NCBI GenBank assembly: GCA_011109175.1
Contig: RDEW01000018.1
Location: forward strand, 184,838 to 248,837
Direction of reading: 5' to 3'
DNA: 64,000 nucleotides
DNA from: Dicyema japonicum
Lineage: Eukaryota > Animalia > Dicyemida
The position numbers and the translations under genes were made by a program. The notes beneath the pieces are model-generated. The model was not told the DNA's origin. It made no database searches and was given only the letters and a program-made list of their open reading frames with translations. Each line of letters opens with the position of its first letter. Positions within the stretch are counted from its first letter, which is position 1. Shown here one piece after another: positions 50,650-61,499 of the stretch.

Positions 50650-51790
50650 TTGATTTATTTTGTGGGGAATCAAGACTATTCGCCAGGGTCCCTTCATTTC
50701 CTGGACAAATTCCTTGAAGATTTGAGCTAACCAAAAAGGGGCTTCTAAAATTACGGAACGATGGAATTCTTGAATGTTCTAGTGTCCAATTCCTCTGGAA
50801 TCCTTAATACGAGCAACGTGCTGTTGCGACTACGGGGATCCTATTATACGGCCGATACTGGCTTGTGTGGGCTCAAGGAAGGAGTATTAAGCCAAGTAAA
50901 GGTCTCTGTTGGAGTACGCTGGGACCACGTTTATTTATTTAACCCAAGAACACCAATAGTTAATTTAATTGGACCTTCCGAGATCCAACACAGCTTCTCT
51001 GAGGACGGGAGGGTTTTGAAAGAAATACAAGAGGGGTGATGTAAAGTCTTCTAGTAAAACCCAATCCATTAGAGCATTGTAGGAAGTTGGATTTTCGACA
51101 CAGAGCGGCGAATCCTTTCCCATTTTGTCCGATAAGGTCTTCCAGAGAGGTGGGTGTGAGACTGACTGTTCTCACGAGCTTGCCGATAGTTGTAGCTGAT
51201 AGGGACTGAATATCACTGATTTTCTGTTTGTTCGTCCAGGATAGGTTGATTCCCCAAGACGCACAGGCGTAGCTTATAGATGGCTCAATGAATTGCTTAT
51301 GTAGTAGTTTCAATGCTGGGAAAGGGATTCTGATGCCACCAAAAATAGATTTGATCAAACCAAGCTTTCTTGAGCAGGTTCCGGAGATATATTCGACATG
51401 AGGGGAGAAGGTCATGTGCGTGTCAAAGGCGACTCCTAAGATTTTCAATTTCTTCGTAAAAGGTATTTTAGTTTGGTTGATAAATAAATCAACGGTCATT
51501 CTTCCAAGACGTTTGTCTGAGGTAAATAGGGATGTGGAGGACTTCTCAGGAGATATATCAAGTCTGTTGGAGATTAACCAATTTTGAATCACGTTTAGTT
51601 GTTTTTGAACTCTTTCTGAGGCTTTTAGGAGATCCTGGTCACGGGATCCAATTAGAATGTCATCAGCATAGGAGAGGATAAGATCGTCTTTATCAACTGA
51701 TCGTGGCAAATCGGACATAAAATGGTTGAATAAGGCGGGGACAAAGGAGAGCCTTGCGGAACACCATTAAGAAGTAGTCTCGAAAGTGAT
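50650..51790 (-). mobile_element. LINE RT C-terminal half and 3' end
   Basis: ORF 50960-51718: ILSYADDILIGS, KILGVAFDTHMTFSPHV, KQFIEPSISYACASW; PQGSP just upstream. Confidence 0.9.
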
Positions 51791-52989
51791 TTGGTCCCAT
51801 CCATACATACCCGGCGTTATTGTTATTTTTGAATTTTTATTTCAATATAAAAAAACATTTTTTGAAATTCTTTTTATTTTTTACCAAATTCTGTTAAAGG
51901 GAAATTGCAATTTTGAGTCAATTAAGTCGCGTGGCGCAATGTGGTGCTGCGAACGAAAATTCCTGTGGTACAATCAGTCATCCAGTAACCTAATGTAAGT
52001 TTTACTCATTTTTTATCCAAACCCGAAAAAAGAACAAGAACGAAGTATCAAAGTAACTAATTAAGTGATCCTGATATTACAAAGTAGGCACGCGAGATCT
52101 ATTTGATATCTCTCCATAGTTCACATTCTCCCATGTACCCACTACCCTTCTCTTTCAGCAGTTTTGAAAGAGTTTAGAGTTCATTTTTATATTTTCAGGA
52201 TTTGGCGTCTTCTATCGTTGAACAAAACAAGGAATCAGATTCTTCGCTGAACTAGAGAAGAATAGTGATGCAAACACTTCACAGATCTCTATGCAAATTA
52301 AATCATCCGAATAAGTTTGACATTATTAATCTCGGATATCATATTTCCCGGGTAAAGTTTCTCGGAATCCGATTAGAAACAGTCCCCAAGCACAGAATAT
52401 TTGTCCAACTTCATTTGTTCGGCAGAATCAGCAGAACAATCTGAGGTTATATTAGGTATTATATTTATCAGGGAAAATGTATCTAATTATTAGTTTGTCG
52501 GAAGGTTGAGATGGTGACGTAACCCTAAAGCACTATGGGAAAGTTTTTGTGAATTTAATATCCTCATCTTCTCAAGATGAATATTAGCCCCTCATCCTTC
52601 TTAATGGATTCTGAAGACGTCGGAAACATAGTTTTTAAAATAAAGATCAACAAATGCCCTTATATCTATGTTAGAATTTCGTATGGCTCAAATAGGGGAA
52701 ACCTTCTTTGAGGAAGAACGCTTCCACAGATCTCTGATGTTAATTGTGGTCCCTTGAAGAAGAAGAAAGCTTCTTGTGGAATCAATGATAATTGGTCAGG
52801 TGGTGGAAGCCAAGAGCCCGACTCGTCTCTAAGTAGGAAGTGGCCAGAACGTACTAGGGTCCTTTTTGGTTCTCTCGAGAGTAGTCTCCGAGTTATCCAC
52901 CAATGGGTGAGGGCGATCCAGCAGGTCGTTCAAACCAGAATCGTTGTTAAAGGACCCCCCAAACCAAACCAAACCAAATTTATTCCAAA

Positions 52990-54400
52990 GTAAGTAAGTA
53001 AGGAGTTATTTTTAGGATATTTAAACGTGTCCGCCTATGCAACCTGGACACTTCCGATGTATCCACACTCCATTTAGTTATCTTCTATCGTCGGATCCCA
53101 TTGATTCTTTTCTCTACGATGTTCTTAACAGGAGTTAAAATCATGTCTTCTTTAGTACTGAGAGCATCCCAGAGCCTTTTCCCTAAAGCCAGCTTTATTG
53201 CCGACCTTCTGGTTTTTTCCATGAGAAACATTATTCTTTCTCTTTGGCAAGAGAAAAACCATGCTTCGCATCCATATAGCAGTTCCGGTAGGATGATCCT
53301 CATGAAGATGAACAAGAAGGTTTCCAGGCTTACAAACAACTTTCTCGTACATAAGAGTGCTTGAAGCGCCTTCTTCTTCTTCGTCTTATGTCCTCGATGA
53401 AGGAACCATTCCATCGATTGCTATCCCGAAGTAGAGCATTGAGTTTACTTTAGGAATCTCTAATGAGTAAGGCTGCTTCTGATGCCTCCTTAGGCGACTT
53501 ACTCGTAAAGAGCTGGATTTCTCCGTAGACAATCTCATCCCTCTTTTTGTGCACCAGTCCTGAACTTGTCCAATGAATGACATGATTCTTTTTTCCGAAA
53601 TAGTTGATTCGCCAGATGTATCTGTGATCAGAATATCATCGGCGTATATCAATAGTCTTGTGTTTATATCCGGTGGAGTTGGAAAATCTGATAGGAATAT
53701 GTTGAATAGCAGAGGGCTCAGGACGGAACCCTGAGGAACTCCCCTCTTTAGTATGATGTCTTTTGACATATGTGCTCCAACACGTACTTGGGAAATCCGT
53801 CCTGTTAGGAAATCCCTTATCCATATGAGAATTTTCTTTTGTATCTGAGCTGCTGCTAGCCTTGATAGGAGTGCTTCGTGCCACACACTATCAAAAGCCT
53901 TGGACAGATCCAAACATACCAGGTTGACTAGTCTTTTGACTTCCAGACCTCTCAATACCGTTGAATGCATCTGGTAGATACAGTCCGTGCATGATTTTCC
54001 AGGTCTGAAACCCCATTGTTCTGCGAGGAGGAAACCACTTTCTTCTATGTTGTCGTTAAGCCTTCTGAAGATAATTCGTTCGATCATCTTGGAGATCAAA
54101 CAGATGAGGCTTATTGGCCTATAGCTGAGAGAGTCCCTCCTCGATTTTCCCGGTTTCAGTATCATTCTGACAATGGAAGATTTCCAGCGTTTTGGGACAT
54201 GACCATGATGAATGCTTGCATTGAATAAATTCTTCAGTATGGGAAATAGAGCCTCTGGGGCTTCCTTGAACAATCTCATGCTTAGATGGTCAAGTCCAGG
54301 AGCGTTAGCCTTGCATTTCATGATTGCAGTCATGACTTCTTCCGTAGTTATTTTCATTTTGTATCTTTAAGATCGTCCAAACAGTAGGTTAAAATTTCAC
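52990..54400 (-). mobile_element. LINE with a nearly complete RT domain (5'-truncated)
   Basis: ORF 53386-54357: APGLD, SYRPISL, QWGFRPG, LDLSKAFDSVWH, GVPQGSVLSPLLFNIF, IYADDI; thumb region at 53085-53414. Confidence 0.92.
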
Positions 54401-54499
54401 GTGAAGAATCTAACGTCTCCCTCGGAATAAGCTCCATCGGGTTGACCCCCTGAATCGGTCCAGTTGTTTCTTAAAAATATCTGGGGCTNAGAAAGCTTC

Positions 54500-55200
54500 T
54501 TGTGGAATCAATGATAATTGGTCCGGTGGTGGAAGCCAAGAGCCCGACTCGTCTCTAAGTAGGAAGTGGCCAGAACGTACTAGGGTCCTCTTTGGTTCTC
54601 TCGAGAGTAGTCTCCGAGTTATCCACCAATGGGTGAGGGCGATCCAGCAGGTCGTTCAAACCAGTCTTCCGATTCCTTTGGTAGATATGTGGTCATCTAT
54701 TGTCTTTGACTTGGTTTTTTTGGGGGTAGATGATGAATTTATACCAGTTCACGAGACAGGAGCGTTATGGTCAAATTACCTTTCTGTTGTACTTCACGTG
54801 AGTCAGGAAGTAGCAGGGTGGTCTGGTTCCGTGATTTTATTTAAGAATTGGAGGTTCTTTATGCAGAGGTGATCTTCCAATGGGAGATGGTGGTTTCTTA
54901 GTGAAGGTGGGCAGCAATAATTGTTTGAAGAGCTCCATTTTAGACTCTTCGAAGTTTTGGATGTTGCAGGCTGGAAGGGATGAGTCCCAGGAAAGGGTCG
55001 CGTAGTTCAAGGTGGTCCTGATATATTTTTTGTAGATTATTCTGTGGGTTTCCTTGTCCTGGTCAAAGATGGATCAGGCAACTGCGCGGAGGGCGTTCTT
55101 TTCCTTACTACTGTCATTCCATAAGGGACCAGGTAGTTTGGCGGTTGTAGTGTTTTTCGAGACAAGCTGCAGATTCAAATTCCATAAAGTGAACATGACA
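54500..55200 (-). mobile_element. LINE RT C-terminal remnant
   Basis: IYKKYIRTTLNYATLSW motif at about 55000-55050. Confidence 0.6.
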
Positions 55201-55342
55201 CCGGGATTTAATTTAAGTTATTAAACGGGATCACTTTTTTCTTTTATTTTTTTGAGTTAAATAAATATTTTATTTTTAAATTTGAATATTTTGGATCCTT
55301 GTGGGTTCGTAAGGCTAAGGCATAATTTATTAATAAATTTAG

Positions 55343-56315
55343 ATGGGAAACTTTGATTCTAACAAGAACAGAGATAAGGTGCTGGATTCTAAGCTAAAAC
55401 GAAAAATGTCAGATAAAGTAGAAGAAATAGAAAACAAATTTGAGATCCATTACGACCAGCTGGAGAACAAAATCAAGAACGAAACCATCGGTCCTCGATT
55501 TATTTATTTAAGGATTGGTTACCTTTGATGAAATGGCTATGCATCAAAACGAAGCGCTGAATTCCCTCAACAAGGCAACCCCAGTCGTCAATAACACCAA
55601 AAAGACTGTCAAAATCACTTGCAAAGTATTTGAATTTAAATATCAGAAATCGCTGCTTTCTTTTGATCTTGAAGAGGATGGCGACGTAGACTGTGCTCCT
55701 CCCAAACGACAAAGTAACACGTGGGTGGACACTTAGGGAAGAATCCGACCGTGGATACGAGCTTTCTCCCAGACATCGAACGGGAAGAAGTTGAGAAGAA
55801 ACTTAGGTACTACGATTATTAAGTCTTAGGGCGTCTCTGGTTGATGAATGGAAGGAGATGCAGGAAAACACCAAGAATGAACCATTGGAGATCGAGTTCA
55901 GCTTCTGGGACGGGTCAGGACACAACCAGCAGGTACCCACGCGATTTAATTTCAGATTCAAGTAAAGAAGGGGACCTCAGTGCACGAGTTCTTGCAGAAG
56001 GCACTCGAGGATCTCCGCGAGGAGTTCATAGAACTGAAATCGACAACGTGCGATCAGTTGATGTTTGTGAGGGATGATGTGATCGTGCCATTCTACTACA
56101 CATTCTATGATTTGATAGTGGCGAAGGCTTATGGACGGTCGGGACTGTTATTTGGGTTGCTATAGTGATTATATGGAAGACAGTCGAGTGAACTGGTATC
56201 GGAGGATATGTCAAAGGTCTGTACGAGGGATTGGTATGATAAGAACAGACATATTTACCCGGCTGATCGGTGGGAGGCTTATGATCCTTTAAGGCACAGG
56301 AATCCGAATGAGTGA
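55343..56315 (+). CDS. FAM50: FAM50/XAP5 nuclear protein
   Basis: Introns 55491-55512, 55714-55736, 55807-55829, 55933-55955, 56156-56179 (22-24 nt) give an intact frame: [106 protein letters not shown] (XAP5 signature). Confidence 0.95.
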
Positions 56316-56534
56316 TTTGGTGTATTTTGGTTGTTAATTTTATGTTTTTTTAATATTTATGGATTTTGTTAGATTACTTTTTTGTTTGAAGGTGTCATTG
56401 GATGCTCAGTGGCTGGGCGGCATTTAAAAACTATCCCTTTTTCCATAATCCAGTGGAGTTGTCATAGTGAAAATACTTGGCAGGGACGTGATGCTGTGGG
56501 AGGATACGTTTCGGCAGGGGAACTGAATAAAACC

Positions 56535-56800
56535 TTATTTATCTTTCAACAACACCTCTTTCCTCGATATTTCCCATAAAATATCTGGTGTGTCCAACCC
56601 ATATTTATGTTGGTGGTGATAACTCTTAGCCTCCTTCTCATCGTCGTCCACAATTCCCACTTCATCTCCATATCCATTAAGAATATTCTCTGCTGTCTTC
56701 TTATCAGTCTGTATATAAGCTTTCACAGGACATTCCAGCCTCAAGGCTTCAAAATGGTGTTTGTAATACTTGCTGACGATCCCATCCCAAGTCAAAACCA
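56535..56800 (-). mobile_element. R4/Dong-like RLE 3' fragment
   Basis: VLTWDGIVSKYYK.H...L.....VKAYIQ. Confidence 0.65.
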
Positions 56801-57053
56801 CCGAACTATATACACTTCTGCTTGTGTATTAATCCGAGTTCTCTTGCTAAGAGATCATACTTGTACGCCTTTTTGACTTCGACATGCCTTAGTAATTGNG
56901 ACGATCCCATCCCAAGTCAAAACCACCGAACTATATACACTTCTGCTTGTGTATTAATCCGAGTTCTCTTGCTAAGAGATCATACTTGTACGCCTTTTTG
57001 ACTTCGACATGCTTTAGTAATTGTTGGGATGTGATTCACTTCTATTAGAGTTA

Positions 57054-57110
57054 CAGTCCGACCTCTATTTGGGGAGCATCTCTATTTTTGGGGAAACCTC
57101 CGTTTTGGGG
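57054..57110 (+). repeat. pogo/Tigger-type terminal inverted repeat (left end)
   Basis: TA|CAGTCCGACCTCTA, the inverse of TAGAGGTCGGACTG|TA at 61431-61446. Confidence 0.6.
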
Positions 57111-57149
57111 CGCTCTATAAATTTTCTATAAAAATGTGACAAATTATTA

Positions 57150-57800
57150 TTATTTAAGCCAAAGAAACACTGTCTTAACCACTAACTAATATTTAGGTGA
57201 TCCCGGCATCTCTCTTTTCTCGATGCTCCGACAGTGACCCAACACATTTTCTATACGGACTTTTTCCCCTCCTCTTCTGAAATTTATTTAAGCCAAAGAA
57301 ACACTGTCTTAACCACTAACTAATATTTAGGTGATCCCGGCATCTCTCTTTTCTCGATGCTCCGACAGTGACTCAACACATTTTCTATACGGACTTTTTC
57401 CCCTCCTCTTCTGAAATTTCCTCCAGTTGCATCTATGATAAACTCAAGTGTTCTGGGGGCAATTTCTCTATCCGTATATGTTTCCAGTAAATTGATTGCT
57501 TTTGACTGGATCTCTTGAATTTTTATTATTATTATTGTCGCCAGGTTAGATCCCCACACAGCACATGCATAACCTATTGTTAGCTCGATATACTGCTTTT
57601 AGAGGGTCCCGACACCTGGCGGATAAATTCCTCCATAGTTCCAAAGGAAGGCTTTTACAAAATTGATCTTTGAAACAGGTTGATATGATGGATTCCACAT
57701 GGGCTGAGAAGCAGAGGAAAGTATCAAAAGTTATTCCTAGTATATTCTGAGATTTCTTTTGTGGTATAGGTACTCCATTTAACATGACATCAATCGTTAA
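57150..57800 (-). mobile_element. LINE 3' remnant with an internal tandem duplication of about 134 bp
   Basis: ILGITFDTFLCFSAHV motif; 57150-57285 is repeated at 57286-57420. Confidence 0.7.
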
Positions 57801-57829
57801 TAATAGCCTTTTTCACGGAGCCGCAGTAT

Positions 57830-58060
57830 TAATAGCTCCGCATAGACAGGACACACACTTTATTCAAGTAAAGAACAGTTAATTTTAGCTAATCAGGAAC
57901 AACGAATGATTTTCACTTCTATTTTCTTTTTCTTGTGTGTGGGTTTTTTTTGACTATCCAGTTCCGCGGTACGAGTCCACTAATGACAGAGTCACTCGTC
58001 AAGCCTTTTTAGCATCGTAGATGCGTGGAACCTTCCATCAGGTGAACAGTAGCGAGAATA
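57830..58060 (-). repeat. Dispersed repeat family B, second copy
   Basis: Homologous to 9690-9900. Confidence 0.7.
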
Positions 58061-58196
58061 GAACCCGTAACCTAAGTCACTTGAGCCCGACACCTATCCA
58101 ACTGTTAAATCAATTAAATTTAGCACCTCAATTTGGGGCATTATTATTATAATAATAATACCTTTGCTAGATCTCCAATATCTTCACTTTCTCATC

Positions 58197-58550
58197 TCAA
58201 ATTATTATACATACAGTATATTCTACAATGGAACATGCATATACGGCGTGGATTACACCCTTGTCAACATTTACGCAGAACAAATTAGAGGTCATACAAA
58301 ACCAATGCCTCCGCATCCTTCTTAAATGTGACAGAATGACGCCTACGTCAGAAATGAGGAACACATTAGATCTCAAAAAAGTTATGGAACATCTCGGTGA
58401 CGAACAACAAAAATTCTTGATAATGGTACGATCTTCTGGTAGCCCCTTGAAGATGTGTTTCTTGCCTATCAGAAGTATGCTCGCAATTTTGAGATCAAAC
58501 CTTTCTTGCTTTTGGACGATCATAAAAGATTGCTGACAAAGTCGAAACAA
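58197..58550 (+). mobile_element. LINE RT thumb-region fragment
   Basis: EHAYTAW....KLEVIQNQCLRILLKCDRMTP...L. Confidence 0.7.
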
Positions 58551-58699
58551 GGATGATCACTTATTCCTCTTTCCTGTGTTATTATTATTATTATTACCCC
58601 CAGGATCACTGGGTCAAAGAGAAAGAAATAAAAGTTCTCATCTAACTAAGTGATCCCAGACCGACAAAGGTGAGGACGAGTCCGGCGGGGTCGAGAATC

Positions 58700-60000
58700 C
58701 TAAACAGCTCTTCTCATTGGACATGGCTTCGGCTCAAAAGTTCTGTATGATTGTAGATAATTCGATAGTATTTGGAATAGAGGTCAGCTCGGTAGAACAG
58801 CCTCCTTTAATAGTTTCCGTTGTAGTTCAATTAAAAAATTTTCAATAGGTTGGATATTGTGATCTGGTCCAATTAACCTTATTGCAGTCTCCTCGATTGC
58901 AGATAATTTCAATGTGGAAGATCGTGACATTTGCATTGCCCATGAAGGACTTGCATACGTCATCGTTGGTCGGATAAATTGTTTGTAAATCGTGGCAAGG
59001 ATCCCAGTTTGATCTCTAAGTGTTTTTGAGAGCACTTTTAAAATTCTCATTTTTTTCAGAGCAGAAGTTACTCTGTTTTCAACATGCCGGATAAAGGTGA
59101 GTCCCTGATCAAAGGTTACTCCCAGAATCTTCGGTGTTTTGTTAATAGAGATAGCTTCGTTCTTCATAAAGACTTTTGGTTCGATACAGAGCTGTCTCTT
59201 GTAGGTGGTAAACAGTGTGACAAAGGACTTTGCTGCTGATGTGTCAAGTCTCCGCTTCGAGAGCCATAGTTCCAAGTTGTCGAGCATTTGTTGAGCCAAC
59301 TGAGTCGCTGATTGAATGCTTCTGTTCTTGGAAGCAAGAATGATATCGTCGGCATAGGAGAGGATTAGACAGTTTTCATTACAGGTTTGTGGCATGTCGT
59401 TTATGTAGAGATTGAAGAGTTGGGGTGATAGTGGGGAACCTTGAGGAACTCCATTTGGGAAATAGCGAGATCTTGATTTGATGTTGTTGCAAAGTACTTG
59501 TGCTCGTCTTCCATTTAGGAAGTTTCCAAGCCAAAGTTTTAGGTTCGGATGGATGTTGGTCTCGTATATTTTCTTTGTTAGGAGTTTCGTGGGGACTGAG
59601 TCAAACGCTTTTGTGATGTCCACGGATATAAGTACTGTCCTCTGATGTGGTTTGGGGGAGTTAAATCCTTCCGCAATGAATTGTGTGAGGGTTGTAAGGT
59701 GTGTTGTCGTCGAATGGTTGTCCCGGAATCCGTGCTGGGTCGGAGGTATTAAGATTGAGTCTTGTATTTTTTCCAAAACAAGCCTTTCAAGGATCCTTGA
59801 GACCGGACTTAGAATAGATATTGGGCAATAGGAAGATGGTTCATCTATTGGTTTGTTGGGTTTTCGGATAGGTCTGATTAGAGACTTCTTCCATATTTCA
59901 GGGATTGTATTCGTGTTAATGGATAGGTTAAATATATAGGCTAATAGTTCCAGGGCTCGATGGCCTAGGTGCTTCTGTTCACATGTGGTTATGTTGTCTG
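58700..60000 (-). mobile_element. LINE with a well-preserved RT domain
   Basis: ORF 58784-59776: QHGFRDNHSTTT, VDITKAFDSVP, GVPQGSPLSPQLFNLY, SYADDI, KILGVTFD; SYCPISILSP upstream. Confidence 0.92.
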
Positions 60001-60499
60001 GTCATTTGGCCTCTGAGTTGTTGGCCTTAGATATGGCTCTGCGAACATCCTGACTAGTAAATAGGATCCAGTCATCGGAGCGTTTCGGCTGGTCATTTGG
60101 CCTCTGAGTTGTTGGCCTTAGATATGGCTTTGCGAACATCCTGACTAGTAAATAGGATCCAGTCATCGGAGCGTTTCGGTTCAATCTTTTTCAGGAATAC
60201 TTGGTGTTCTTTTGAAAACTTCCTGTAGGACGTCCCCGCAGCGGCGCAGGCCTTCATTATTGGTCCACCCGTGAAGATAGGGGAAAGTGTGGTTCTTTTT
60301 TTTCAAATGCCACCACGTCGTCGGCGAGCCACATGACATTTTTTCTGTTTTTCTTTCCTGTGTTCCTGGGGTTATAATAATAATTTGGGACATTAATTTT
60401 TTATTTTATAAAATTAAATTTTATTTAACCGAGTTTAAAAATAAATATTTTAAAAGTCACGTTTCATTTCAAATTTTTGTGTTATTATAATGCTTTTGA

Positions 60500-61446
60500 A
60501 TCGTGAAACAAAATTGAAGATTGCAGATCATCTCTTAAAAAATAAACTTTCTGAAAGGCGCTTATATATAATGTACAATACAAGCAAGGGAACTATTTTT
60601 CGTATAAAAAACTATTCAACCATTTATAGAAAGAGAATTCCTTTATCAGGTTCAAATAATTGGTAAATTTAAAAGTGAAAATAAAAACAGATTGGACAAA
60701 AAATTCATGGATATTTTCCAGCGTTCAAAGAAGCAGAATTTTCCAGTTTCTGGAACTTTTTAAAAAATTTTACAAACTGTTTCTTAGAGGATGGGCTTAA
60801 ACAATTTTAAAGCTTAAAATGGGTGGTTAAAGAAATTCAAACATAGGCGGGAATTAAAATTCAAAGCATTGTTAGGTGAAACTACTTCTTGTGATAAGAA
60901 GATGATTCCGATTTTTTATTAGAATTAAATATTAAATTTGAACAGTATGAAAGTATAACATTCTTAATTATAACGAAACTGCTCTTTTTATAAAACTTGC
61001 ACCACGCAAATCATTTGTGAAAACTGGTGAATCCGGATTTAAACGGAATAAAGATAGAATCACTCTCCATCTATGCTGTAGCACAATGGAGAAAAATTCT
61101 AACCATTAATAATGGAAAGTACAGAAATCCTAGATATTTCAAAAAAATTTCTCCGAAAATTTATGGAATTTTAGACTTTATGTTGGATGGAAAACCAGAG
61201 GCAAACATTTTTAATTTGATTCCAGACTATCTTCATGATTTTTATGAATTCAGAAAGAAACTGACGGTAGGAATAAAAAAATAAATATAAGCATGACGAG
61301 AAAACGACTGATTATTATATTTTTTATTAAAGACAATTATTTACTGATTATTTTAAAAAATAATGTTATTTTGCTTATTTCTTGAAGTTAAATAAATAAA
61401 CTGTGGAAAACCTCTGTTTCGGGGAACACGTAGAGGTCGGACTGTA
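60500..61446 (+). mobile_element. pogo/Tigger transposase remnant and right TIR
   Basis: KLKIADHLLK (HTH), FKA.NGWLKKFKHR, ETALFYKL.PRK motifs; TIR ends at 61444 followed by TA. Confidence 0.7.
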
Positions 61447-61499
61447 TTGTAATCTTCATCTTGTTGAACGCAAATATGTCCGGTTTGTTATTTTGTACC

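Noticed and set aside
52765-54665. 175-bp direct repeats flanking a LINE, resembling LTRs or a long TSD
   Set aside because: The second copy begins right after an N (54489); no LTR termini or PBS; likely a scaffolding or haplotype artefact.
56775-57023. 124-bp exact tandem duplication
   Set aside because: Junction is an N (56899); contig overlap.
60001-60180. 91-bp tandem duplication (also about 56-bp at 17398-17500 and about 134-bp at 57150-57420)
   Set aside because: Local two-copy duplications inside decayed LINE sequence; no sign of function.
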